Source: Isurus oxyrinchus (taxonomy: Eukaryota). Taken from it: a stretch of 64,000 bases of DNA. Under the pieces are notes generated by a model. It made no database searches and had not been told where the DNA came from. It saw only the letters and a list, made by a program, of their open reading frames with translations. Position numbers and translations under genes: made by a program. Shown here piece by piece: positions 50,716-61,971 of this stretch (position 1 is the first letter of the stretch; every line of letters starts with the position of its first letter). The stretch spans positions 166,904,001 to 166,968,000 of the forward strand of contig JANJGN010000005.1 of assembly GCA_026770705.1 (NCBI GenBank), written 5' to 3'.

Positions 50716-53700
50716 CTTCCTTCTACGTGTAGAATGTCTTGGCTCTACCACTTCAAATGCTTTGTCAGGAACCTCCTTTTCTGTTTCTTCAACTCTTGCA
50801 GGTACAACAGACACATCTGACACATCTGTACTATGTTGAATTCTCTCAACAGGAAATGTTGACTCAGTCGTGAACACTGGTGGCATAATTTCTTGGGGAT
50901 TTGTTTCTTTCTTCCTTAGATGATACACATGTCTTCACATGACTTGGCCTTCCACCTTCACATGGTAAGATAGAGGTCCAGCCGCTTTACTTATTTCACC
51001 CGGTAACCACTTTGGTCCTTCTCCAAAGTTCTTCACATACACCATCTCTCCTATGGTAAACTTCCTGTCATGACTATGCCAGTCATGTGTAGTTTTTTAA
51101 CTTCCCTGACTCCTTTCCACTTTCCCCCATAAATTCGGCATTATTAAGATCAATCTCGTCTTGAGACAGCGTTTCACCAATAATTCCGCAGGTGTGACAC
51201 CTGTTGTTGTGTGAGGGGTGATCTTATAATGGGAAAGAAAGCATGCTAGCTTGTTTGCTATGGAGTCTCCAGTTAATTTCTTCATGCCAGCCTTGAATGT
51301 TTGGCCCACCCTTTCAGCTAGTCCATTTGAGGAAAGGTGGTAGGGTGAAGTTGTTACATGAATGAAGCCGTTGAGGCTAATAAACTGCTGAAACTCAGCA
51401 CTCGTAAATGCCATGCCATTATCAAATATAACCACTTCTGGTTGTCTGTGAATGGCAAAACTTTGACATAGTTCTCAATTGTAGCAGAAGACATTGGTGA
51501 CTTCACCTCATATATGTCCATTCATTTTGAGTGGGCATCAACAATGAGCAGAAACATTGTTCCCAAGAAAGGTCCCACATAGTCAATATATAATCATACC
51601 CATGGCCTTCCTGGCCACTCTCAAGGGTGTAATGCCCATCGTTGTATTCTTGCTGAGGGTATGGGTGGTATAGCCTTGTACTCGCTGAGCAATCCTAGTA
51701 ATGGTTTATGGTCTGAAATGATAGTAAAATGGCGGCCACGTATGTGTTGGTGAAATAACTTGACACCAAAGAAGATCAACAAGCCGCCTTTTTCTATCTG
51801 TGAGTATCCCTTGTCCACTGTGGTAAGCGTTCTTGAGACACATCCTATAGGCCATTCTGTGCCATCATCCATTCAATGGGAGAGCACAGCTCTCACTACA
51901 CCACTCCACCAGTTCTTTCCTCTGGTCATAATGTTGGACGAGTGCAACAATTTTTTTTCACCTTTATGAAAACTTCTTTCTGTAGTGCCTCCCAAGATCA
52001 ATATTGGTTCTTCTTGAGTATATAATACAGGGGTGCCAGTTCTGTAGACAAATTGGGTAAGAAACGCCCATAATAAGTGATCATCCATAAGAATGATTTG
52101 AGCTCGAAGGTGTTCTTTGGTGAAGGTGCCTCTCTTATGGCTCTCACTTTTTCATCAACTAGCTGGAGGCCCTGTGAATTTACCCAGTGACCCAAATAGA
52201 TTACCTCCTTTGCTTGGAATGTGCACTTGAGAGTGGCCAGGAAGGCCATGGGTATGATTATATATTGACTATGTGGGACCTTTCTTGGGAACAATGTTTC
52301 TGCTCATTGTTGATGCCCACTCAAAATGAATGGACATATATGAGGTGAATTCACCAACGTCTTCTGCTACAATTGAGAACTATGTCAAAGTTTTGCCATT
52401 CAGCCTGCAAGAAATGTTTTAAGACGACTTCTAAGCTTGTCAAATGCTCCTTTTCAGTGAGTCCTGTCAGAAGAACGTCATCTAAATAAATTACAACATG
52501 GGGCAGCCCCTGCAATAAACTTTCATTGTTCTCTGGAATATGGCGCAAGCTGAGGAGACTCCAAAAGGCAACAGGTATATTGGTACAACCCTTTGTGTGT
52601 ATTCATTGTGACAAATTTCTGGGAGATCTTCTCTAACTCTAATTGTTGATAAGCATGACTCATATCAAACTTCATGTAGGTGGTTCCACCTGCCAGCTTA
52701 GCATACAGGTTTTCAATTTTTGGTATGTGGTGTTTGTCCAGCTAAGCCACTTTATGAACTGTGAATTTGTGGTCTCCACAAATTTGAATGCTTTGATCGG
52801 GTTTAAGGACTATTGGTGCTGCCTATTCTGAGACCTGCACAGGTTGTATAATGCCCTTTTTCTCTAATATGTCCAGTTTGGCATCGATCTTTTCCTTCAT
52901 TGTATACGGAACTGGTCTTGCCTTCATGAATCAGGGGGTTGCCTCTGGTTCCACATAAATTTTTGCTTGCAGCCCCTGGATCTTCCCTAGTTCACCCTTG
53001 AAGACTGAGGCAAATTTTTGTAGTAGCTCTGGTAGCCCACTTGCTCTCAGCTGAAAAATTTCAGCCCATTCTAACTTAATCCCCTTTAGCCAGTTTTGTC
53101 CAAGGAGGCTTGGCCCCTCACCTGCTGCCACCATCGAAGGTGGTTCTACCGATTGGCTGCCGTAATGGACAGCAACTCTGCTATGTCTTTGACTTGGATG
53201 TCTTCACCCGTGTAAGTTTTTAATTTGGCATCAGTTTCTTCCAAATTTAATTTATGTTCACCGCAATTCAGATATTTGAAGGTGTGTTCATCAATGACTG
53301 CAGTGGAAGCTCCTGTGTCCACTTCCATTCTAATAGGTCTGCCATTTACCTTCACTGTTACATGTATTAATTCTGTTTTTCCAACCTTCAAATTAAATAA
53401 TGAATAAATATCTTAATTTGTTGCTTTAGGCTCTTCTACAATTAAGATCTCATGGGTTTTTTCCTTTTATTTGGAAGTCTACCTGATTCTTTCCTTGCAC
53501 TGTCTCATTAGGTTTTCCTTTCAATGGCAATAAAAACATTCGATTTTTTTTTAAACTGCCAATCATTATAAAGTTGTCTGTTTCCACCTCTGTTCCAATT
53601 ATTCCTTGTTTTTGCTGCTAAATCATTTATTTTTAATTTTCTGCTAGTGCTGTTTCCTGTTTTTCGATAGAATCTTGCAATTTCGCGCCCTTTTCAGCTG

Positions 53701-54775
53701 GGGCTTCCCGCTCAGTGTGGAGGATGGCACCATTTTGCACTTCCTGTATGGCTTTTGAATCCCTTACTGTGCTTCCCATGGCCAGTGTTATCTCTAGCAC
53801 CTTCTTAAAATGCAGATTTGTTTCAGACAGTAATCTGTTCTGAATCATGTCGTCATTCATACCGCACACTAACTGATCTCTGAGTATGTCATTTAAAGAT
53901 GTGACAAACTCGCAATGTCCTGTTAACTGTTTCAAACTTGCCACATAGCAAGCAAGTGTCTTCCCCGGGGCTCTACTTCTTGAGTTAAATTTTAAGCATT
54001 GCATCATTACTGAGGGCTTTGGCTGGTAATGACCCTTTACGAGGGCCACCAAGTCATCAAAACATTTCGAACCTGGTGCACTGCGTGCCGTCAAACCTTG
54101 AACAAAGCCATAGGCTTTACTCCCTCATGTGGATAAGAGGACCGTTTACTTCTTCTCTTACCCCGCAATGTGGCTCGCTTGAAAAAAAAATGTGAGGCAT
54201 TCAATGTAATGAGACCAGTCGTCCATGGCTGGATCAAAAGGATCATTTCTTCCGAATTGCGGCATCCTGTGAGGGGATTGCTTCGACAATTAGGTTGGCA
54301 ATTCTACTTACAGTTACCATGCGAGGTACAGCCCAATTTCATTTCTCTTGATTTCTTTCGTTAACTTGTTTTAGTCTCGAAGCCAGTCTATTGTATCTTT
54401 GGTTTTTTTTCCCACTTTTTTCTTGGTTTTTTCCTCATCGCCAGTTTGTTGGATCCCAGTCACAGTTTGTTGGGACTTATGAATCCGGGTTGCACGCTTG
54501 TTGTGGGTTGGCCAAGTTGGTACAATGGACAGAATTGATTAGCAGACAGTTCTTGGGTGAAACACATTCTGTTTATTTACAAAGGTACTCAGCAGCTACA
54601 CTTGTGTGCTTTCAATTCAAACCCTGTCTCCATACTTCTGCCTACTAACTCAGACTACTGACTACAGAGGTAGCCTGTGCTACTCCTCTATAGGTTACAT
54701 AGGATCATGTGGTCTTCCTTTATAACATCCTTCTTAAAGGTATACTACATATTATATAAAGGCATAATTACCACA
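50716..54775 (-). mobile_element. Ty3/Gypsy LTR retrotransposon 1 (gag-PR-RT-RNH-IN), decayed, 3' LTR missing
   Basis: 5' LTR ~54447-54775; PBS tggcgatgagg (tRNA-Ser-like); gag LRDQLVCGM; PR MEVDTGAS; RT YLDD; RNH YSQIEK..SDHKPL; IN DNG..F and PYHLSSNGLAER. Confidence 0.92.
51449..52402. repeat. 177-bp inverted repeat (arms 51449-51625 and 52226-52402)
   Basis: Arms are reverse complements with about 2 mismatches found by eye; 600-bp spacer. Confidence 0.92.
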
Positions 54776-56034
54776 GCAGCACAGAAGGAGGAACACGGAA
54801 GGAGGCCATACAATCCATCAAATCTGAACTAGTTCTTTCAAAAATAGATCAATTAGTCCTACAGGATCCCTTGGTAATGCTGTAGATTCATGAGCAACAC
54901 TCCGGCTCCTCCTGGTTTCAGACCAAAAATTTTTTTTAAAATTATTGTTTATTGGCTTATCTTCTAATGGCCACTTGCTAGGTCACATTGATGCCAATAC
55001 AACCTGAGTGGAGCAAGTTCAATGTCTCTCTCTGGAAAGCATATTTCCTGATGGGTCCAAAAAGAGTTGTGCGGTAAATTATTAGCACGCGAAAGTCCCT
55101 TAACTCTCACTTTAAATGTGCTTGTCCAAAATGCCTGAAATCTGGCCAGACTCAAGGTTGGCCTCACATCTTTCAGGCATCTTTCGGACATGGGATCCTG
55201 GTTCTCAACATTGGTAAAATGTACGCCCATTTCCAACCAAGGTCAGAATGAGATCCAATTTTGTGGCTATGTGTTTAAAGACTTATTTTTGATCCTTAGA
55301 CTTTCTTGGTTATGCTGCTGACTTGTGTTTGTACTCAGTAATTGACTAAACATCCCAGGCTCCATGAGATAGAACACACTTTGTAAGAAATGAAAGAGAA
55401 AAACCATTCTTCAGTTATGTAGGAAATTAACAGGCAGAAATTGTCACTGTGCCCCCTTGATATGTTGGTGTGAAGTCTTGATGTCAGAAAGTATTGAATA
55501 AATGAAAAACAAACAAAAATGTGCACTTCAAGCACAAGGGGTAGCTTGGAGACTTTAAACTTTGAAATACTGAGGGAGCTATATCAATTATGGCTTGGTA
55601 CAATTATTAAAAAATTCAGGTTTCCCACTAGATCATAGAAACATTGAGATCAATGAACCATCAGCCTGAGAACTATGAGTGCAATCAAACTCCAGGGATG
55701 ATTTCTTTTTTCTTTCTTATCATTTAAATGAAAATAGCCAAAAAATTAGCTACAGCAATGATTATTTGCTACTTGGACTAAAACACCAATTAGTTCACCT
55801 CAATTTGAAATACCAAAATTGCTGACAGCCTGGAGAGCATCTCAATAGACCACAAAACCTGGGAGGTGTCATGTGTTCCAAGCAAAATGGTGCTGTATAT
55901 TTTTAACCCTACCATACAATGATACATTATGACTTTTTTTGTTTTTGTCTATCAAGTTTGCCCTTAGAATATTGGAGGGCAGCTTTGACATTATGGCCTC
56001 AAACTTCAATTGCACTCTGCTTGCTTTACTAGCA

Positions 56035-56158
56035 CTAAGGTCACAACCTAAATATTAACTCTGAGCTCTCTCCACAGATGCTGCCAGATCTGTTGACTAT
56101 TTTCAGCAGTTTCTGTGTACATTTCAAATTTCCACCATCTGTGGTATTTTGCTTTTGT
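56035..56158 (+). mobile_element. Penelope-like terminal repeat fragment
   Basis: ttaactctgagctctctccacagatgctgccaga...ttttgctttt. Confidence 0.7.
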
Positions 56159-56299
56159 CTTGGTATCTTCCCTTGATTTGTGCTGCAATTTATTTCTGTG
56201 TTACTCCTCCACCCACTTCACCACTCTCACTTGCTCCCTCCGGAGCAGGTGGTGAAAGACTATCCCCCTTCCCCTCACTGATAACCCGTTTCCCTCTAT

Positions 56300-56480
56300 C
56301 GCTTCCCGACATCAAAATCCTGGAACTCCCTCCCTAACAGCACTGCAGGTGTACCTACACCACATGGACTGCAGTGGTTCAAGGAGGCAGCTCACCACCA
56401 CCTTTCCAAGGGCAACTAGGGCGGATAAATGCTGGCCCAGTCAGTGACGCCCGCACCCCATGAATGAATTAAAAAAAATA
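56300..56480 (+). mobile_element. Family A LINE 3' end
   Basis: tcaaaatcctggaactccctccctaacagc...ataaatgctggcc...tgaatgaattaaaaaaa. Confidence 0.85.
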
Positions 56481-56880
56481 TATGCTTCTACCTTCTTTAT
56501 CTTTTCTTTCAAAGGCCATTGTTACCTCTCAAAATTCAACTTGTTTTAAAAAATAAATGAGGAAAGAAACTGTTTGAAATTAGGTTTTGTGATTTATTTG
56601 TCACCGTGCAAGCAGAAACTTCGATTAACGTTTTAAAGTGAAGGATCCATGACCTTTCCCTGGCTGCACACCTCAAGTGGGACTCCATGTGCCCTTCCAG
56701 AGGCTGGTGTCGTGTTTGATTCATGAACCAAGTTCCGGTTTAATACTGGTCCTTTATGGGTAAAGGAAATGAAAGATTTCAGTGTAGTGGGACCTGCTGG
56801 GTACCCTGACCTCAATCTATCCACATTCCTCCACCCTCCCCACCCAACCTGCCTCTGATCCAGCTGCCCTTGTAAGGGGA

Positions 56881-57107
56881 TGTTATAGAGTTGATCTTCA
56901 GACAACTTTTCTTAATGGAAACATTTAACTCTTTGTACAAGCAGTTACAACTACCCGTGTGCATTAAACTCCATAACTAAAAAAAAACTCTCTCTGTAGA
57001 GATTCTCCGCACTGCTAACACATTGGTTTACACAGGTCATGTTATCTTACAGCACAGGATTATTCTCAAAGCTACAGCCTAACATGTCCCAGACTATAAT
57101 TACTACA
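56881..57107 (-). repeat. 3' LTR of Gypsy element 2
   Basis: TG...CA termini; PPT adjacent at 57108-57121; homologous to 59661-59851. Confidence 0.9.
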
Positions 57108-57721
57108 TTCCTGCCCCTTTTAACTCTTCTGTACATTTTGCATTTACAAGGGTATTTACTTCATGACATTATAATATTTACAAAGGTCCTGAAATTACAA
57201 TTCAGTCTTTCAGTTCATTTCCTGATCCGTGTGGAACGTTACAACTCCACGACTTCAGATTCTTTTGTAGGAAACACACTCTTTGGAACCACATTAACAT
57301 CAGGTACCTCATTAGGCACATACAGTTCAGTGTCTTCCACTCCGATAGAGACATCAGGCATGTCTGCCCTTGGCTGAGACTCTTCAACAGGAACCACTGG
57401 TTCAGTAATGGTTGCAGGTAGAATGGTATCTTGTTGTGGTATCTCTCTTTTTCTTAAATGATCCACATGCTTATGGATGATCTGGCCCTCCACTTCCACA
57501 TGGTATGACAATGGTCACTGTCACTGAGTGGTCACTGAGCTTGGTCCTCCACCAAAATTCTTTACATATACTGCTTCTCCAACAGTACATTGTCACTCAT
57601 GACGACGCAAACCATGAGTCACTTTTTGGTTCCCTTGACTTTTCTCCACCTTCCCCTCCAAATTGGGAAGTATTAGGCTCAGTCTTGTCCAAAGACTGCG
57701 CCTCATTAATAATTCTGCATC

Positions 57722-58285
57722 TTCTTTCTGCGTTTTATATCTTCTTTTTAACCACATAATTTAATCTCGGCCATCTTTTTGACTTCACTGTCAGCCAGAT
57801 TTCTCTCAGATGCAATCTCAGCTTGTTTTAGTTTAGTAGCTGAGTCACCCAAGGCTTCGTTATCTGTTTACCTCTTGGAAAGTTCTATAACTTTTGCTTT
57901 CAAAGCCTCTTTAGCTTAATTTAGCTGATTCTTCAGCTCTTCGTCTCTTCCTTGTATCTGTTGGCTTCCTCCCGGAAACTTGAACATTGCTGCATCTTCT
58001 CTGCCAACTGGTTCTTCAGTTTGTTCAGAGAGATGTCAGCTTCTTCCTGTTTTTCTTTGTACTTTTCCAGGCACACAAATTTTGACCTGAAGGAATCTTG
58101 TAGTGTGTGAAGGTCTTTCAACAGGTTTTCCTTTTCTTTGTGAAGGCTACTCACTTTGTCTTGAACTCTGTCATTCAGCAAAGTCTCCTTGAGTTTCTTC
58201 TGCTGTTCTTCCATGTTGTTGTTTAAGAAAGTCTTCATTTCTTCAGGTTGTTGAATCCTTACACACACCTTTTTCATCCTGTGGT
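57722..58285 (-). pseudogene. Captured host-like coiled-coil coding fragment, UACA/RAI14/ANKRD24-family-like
   Basis: QDKVSSLHKEKENLLKDLHTLQDSFRSKFVCLEKYKEKQEEADISLNKLKNQLAEKMQQCSSFREEANRYKEE. Not Gypsy-like; resembles the UACA coiled coil as I recall it; needs BLAST. Confidence 0.65.
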
Positions 58286-59660
58286 GGTCCTTGGACCCTC
58301 CAAGCTCTTTCTGAAATACCTTGCCTTGTTCCTTTTTCAAGACAGGAACTCTTCCAGCTTCCTTTTGAAATCTCACTGGCCAATCAAGGTTGATTTCCCT
58401 TAACCAATTTTGACCTAGCAGGCTTGGTCCTCTGCCTTTCAATACTATCACTGGTAGATATACTGATTCGGGTCTATAATGGACATTTGCTCTGATGATG
58501 CTTTTACTTGGATTTCTTTGCCTGTGAACATTTTCAAATTGGCAGATGTTTGTTCCAAATTTAATTGTTGATCACCTTTATTTAAATATCTGAAAGCGTG
58601 TTCTCCTATTATAGTGGTGCAAGCACCCATGTCTACCTCCAATTTTAATGGTTTACAGTTCATTTACACTGTAACAAATATTGGCTCTGTCTTCCCAACT
58701 TTCATGTTGAATAGTGAATAAATGTTAAAACTTGTTGTTTCAGGCTCATCTACACTATAGACTTCTTTGGACTTTGTTTGTTGTTTGGAAGCCTGTTTAA
58801 ATCTCTCTTTGTACTGTCTCATTATGTGTCCACTTCTGTGACAAAAATAGCAGACTACTTTTTTATATGCCAATCGCTAGAATTGGCATGTTGCTGAAAG
58901 TTATTTTTCAATTTTGTTGCTAAGCTGTTTCCCCTTGTTTTTCAGTTAGCTGGGGCTGTTTCCCATTCACGGTGGAGTCCCAGCTTTTTGTGCCACTTTC
59001 AGCTGATGTTCCCACCTTATTTGGAGCACAGCACCATTTTGCACCCCTTGAATTATTTGTGAATTCCTTACAGTGCTTTCCATTGCCAGCACTATTTCTA
59101 ATGCTTTCTTAAAATTGAGATTCACTTTAGCCAGCAATCTTCACTGAATAGTGTCTTCCTGCACACCACATATTAAACAATCTCTGAACATGTCATTCAG
59201 GGTTTCACCAAAATCACAATATTCCATTAGTTGCTTTAATTTCGCCATGTAGGTAGCAATGGTCTATCATTGGGCTTGATTCCATGTATTGAATCTGAAC
59301 CTCTGCATTGTGACTGAGGGCTTGGGTTGAAAATGTCCCTTAACGAGGTCTACTAATTCAGTGAAAGTTTTCAAATCTGGGGCATTGGAGGCCATCAAGC
59401 TTCAAATTAAACTATAGGTCTTGCTTCCACAAGTACTCTGGAAAATTGCTCTTCTCTTTTCCTCCCCCATTATTTTGTCTGCTTGAAAGAAGAACGCAAC
59501 ATGTTTTATATATTGAGGCCAATCATCTGTGGCTGGCTCAAAGAGATCAATTCTGCGGAAATGTGGCATTTTGGATGAGTACATCTTTTATTTTTAACGA
59601 ACTTAGATACTCACAATCTCTGATCAAGGCACCAAATCTGATGTATCTTCATCGCCAGTT

Positions 59661-59851
59661 TGTTAGAGTTGATCTTTAGACAACTTTTCTTAGTGGGGAC
59701 ATTTCACCAAACTTCATAACTAAAGAAATGCTCTCTCTGTCAAGATTCCCCGCGCTGCTAACACATTGATTTACACAGGTCATGTAACATCACAGCATGG
59801 GATTATTCTTAAAGCTGCAGTCCAACATTTCCCAAAACCTTAATTATGGTA
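59661..59851 (-). repeat. 5' LTR of Gypsy element 2
   Basis: Adjacent to the PBS (59645-59657); diverged from the 3' LTR with a ~35-bp indel. Confidence 0.88.
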
Positions 59852-60517
59852 GGGGACATGGAGGCTTTGTGCCTCATAAGCCTGAGCAGGACTCAGTATA
59901 CTTAGGTGTTAGCCTTTTTCAAGTTGTTTCACCACAGTAACTGAAGCTATAGCAGGAATGTAAGGGAAGAACTGAGGAAATTTAATCCATATATTGAAAC
60001 TTCAGCATCACTACATTTAAATTTATTACATATATATCTATCAAAAATGTAGAAAACTAAAACATCACTGTTTCCTATTTTAATCAAAATTACTATTCTT
60101 GCCATTAGTATAATTTATCTTAACTTAAAGAAAAAAATCCTAATTCATAAATACAACAGTAAATGTTTAATTGTATACACCAAAGCACCTCAAAATGCTT
60201 AACTCAATATCGGAGTACTGGGCTTGTGTAATAAATACTGCAAAGCAGTCTATCAGCCTTATTTAGTGCAGAACATCAGACAGAATATATTAATGATATA
60301 ATATCAAAGCTGATGGACCTTAAAGGGACCAGAGATGCAAATGGTTTGTCTTACTCTTTCATCAGTGCTTTCATTAGTCATGTGAGAAATTGGGAATCCA
60401 GATACATGGCAAAAGGCATATTTGACTAGTAAATGACATATTTGTCAATGGCAAATAAGACATTTGACAAGTAGGCAGCACTGTTGGGCATATGGTCTCA
60501 ACACTCATATTTACATG

Positions 60518-61148
60518 GGCCAGGATTTTTCTTATGGCGGGTGGGCATGGAGCCGATCACCGCTCGCGATTGGCCCCACGCTGCCATTTTACGCGGGCGG
60601 GCCAATTAAGGCCCACCCGGCATAATAGGCGACCAGTAGTGTTCAGCGTGACCTGTGCGAGCAGGGGGAAAGAGTACAGCAATTTCCCTGAGACACAGAG
60701 CTGCCTCAGTGAGATTGAATGGATATTAAAACTATTAAATAAATGGTTTAAAAAATTTATATAAGCACATCTCCTCATGTGACTGTATCACATGAGTTGG
60801 GACATGTTTTTAAATTTATGAAAGTTTATTTATATACTTGATAAAAGCTTCAGGAAACCTCATCCCCCTCGTGGATCAGGTTTCCTGAAAAACGTGATGG
60901 TTGCTTAGACTTTTTGCAGCCCGCCAATCTTAAGGTTGGGATGGGCAGCGTTCGCAAGTGCCTCAGTTAATTTCTTAATAGCCTTAATCGGATGTTTATA
61001 TTTCGGCGAGCATGCAACCGACTCCGGTGCGTGCCTGCCAAATGAAACATTGCGATGGTGTCAGGACGCATGCCTGACGTCATAGTGCATCATTTTACGT
61101 GTTAGCTTGTCGGGCCTGCCCCCGCAGGCCGATGGAAAAGTCCTGTCC
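60518..61148 (+). mobile_element. Harbinger-like MITE family A, copy 6
   Basis: TIRs ggccaggatttt / aaaagtcctgtcc; TSD ATG. Confidence 0.9.
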
Positions 61149-61296
61149 ATGGTATAGGCATGCGAATTTTAACTGTTTTGTGCATTTACTGGCAACTTGG
61201 TAAAGCAAAAAGCAGAGCATGCAAGTGTTTTTTGATTGTTGCAGATACTTTAGCTCCTTGGTTACTGAATGCTTTTTAAGTAAGTATACACATATG

Positions 61297-61971
61297 GAAC
61301 AGGATTTTGCCCTTGGCGAGGGTGCTCAGCGGGGGTGGGAGGGGGCAGTCGGGAAGCCGATCTGCACTGCACCACGATTTTACGTGGGTGGGAGAATTAA
61401 GGCACTCCCAGCATGGAACGTGAGCGGCAGCGCTCAGTGCTGCCTAAGCGGGCGGGGGAGGAGGATGGTGAGCAGGCCTAGCGTGTACTTCACACATGCA
61501 CGCAAAAGAGCATTTCGATCACCCTGAGGCACAGAGCTGCCTCAGGGAGATGAAGCACTCTTTTAAAAAACTTAATGAGCAAAATAAAAATGTCATAAAA
61601 CATGTCCCCTGTAGGGACGTGTTTTAATTCAAGTATGAAATTTTTATTTTATATTTATTTGCTTCAGGAGACCTCATCTCACCCATGGATGAGGGTTCCT
61701 AAAAAGTGCATAAGCTGCTTGGCATTTTTGCCTGCCTGCCAACTGTTAGGTTGGATGGGCAGCTTAAATTTGACATTAATTACCTCTTTAATGGCCTTAA
61801 TAGGCCTTTTAATTGTCAGCGGGCATGCTACCGACTCTGGCACGCACCCACCGAATGAAATATCGTGGGACTACGTAATGATGTCGGGACGCTCACCCTA
61901 CGTCATCGCACATCATTTTACACTCGGCTGGGCCGGGCATGCTTCCACCTGCCGAGCTCAATATTCTGCCC
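61297..61971 (+). mobile_element. Harbinger-like MITE family A, copy 7
   Basis: TIRs gaacaggatttt / aatattctgccc; TSD ATG. Confidence 0.9.

Larger units (their letters stand above)
56881..59851 (-). mobile_element. Non-autonomous Ty3/Gypsy LTR element 2 carrying captured coiled-coil sequence
   Basis: LTRs 59661-59851 and 56881-57107; TSD GGGGA both sides; PBS tggcgatgaaga; PPT aaaaggggcaggaa; gag (CGSKTYSLI, CYFCHRSGH), PR (EVDMGA) and IN C-terminus present; no RT or RNase H. Confidence 0.92.

Noticed and set aside
54964-55236. 90-aa ORF, or a possible DIRS or L1/Tx1 remnant
   Set aside because: No diagnostic motif that I can support.
57933-58451. Genuine host UACA exon at its native locus
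   Set aside because: It lies between two LTRs with a TSD, is fused to Gypsy sequence on both sides, carries stops and a frameshift, and has no evident splice sites.
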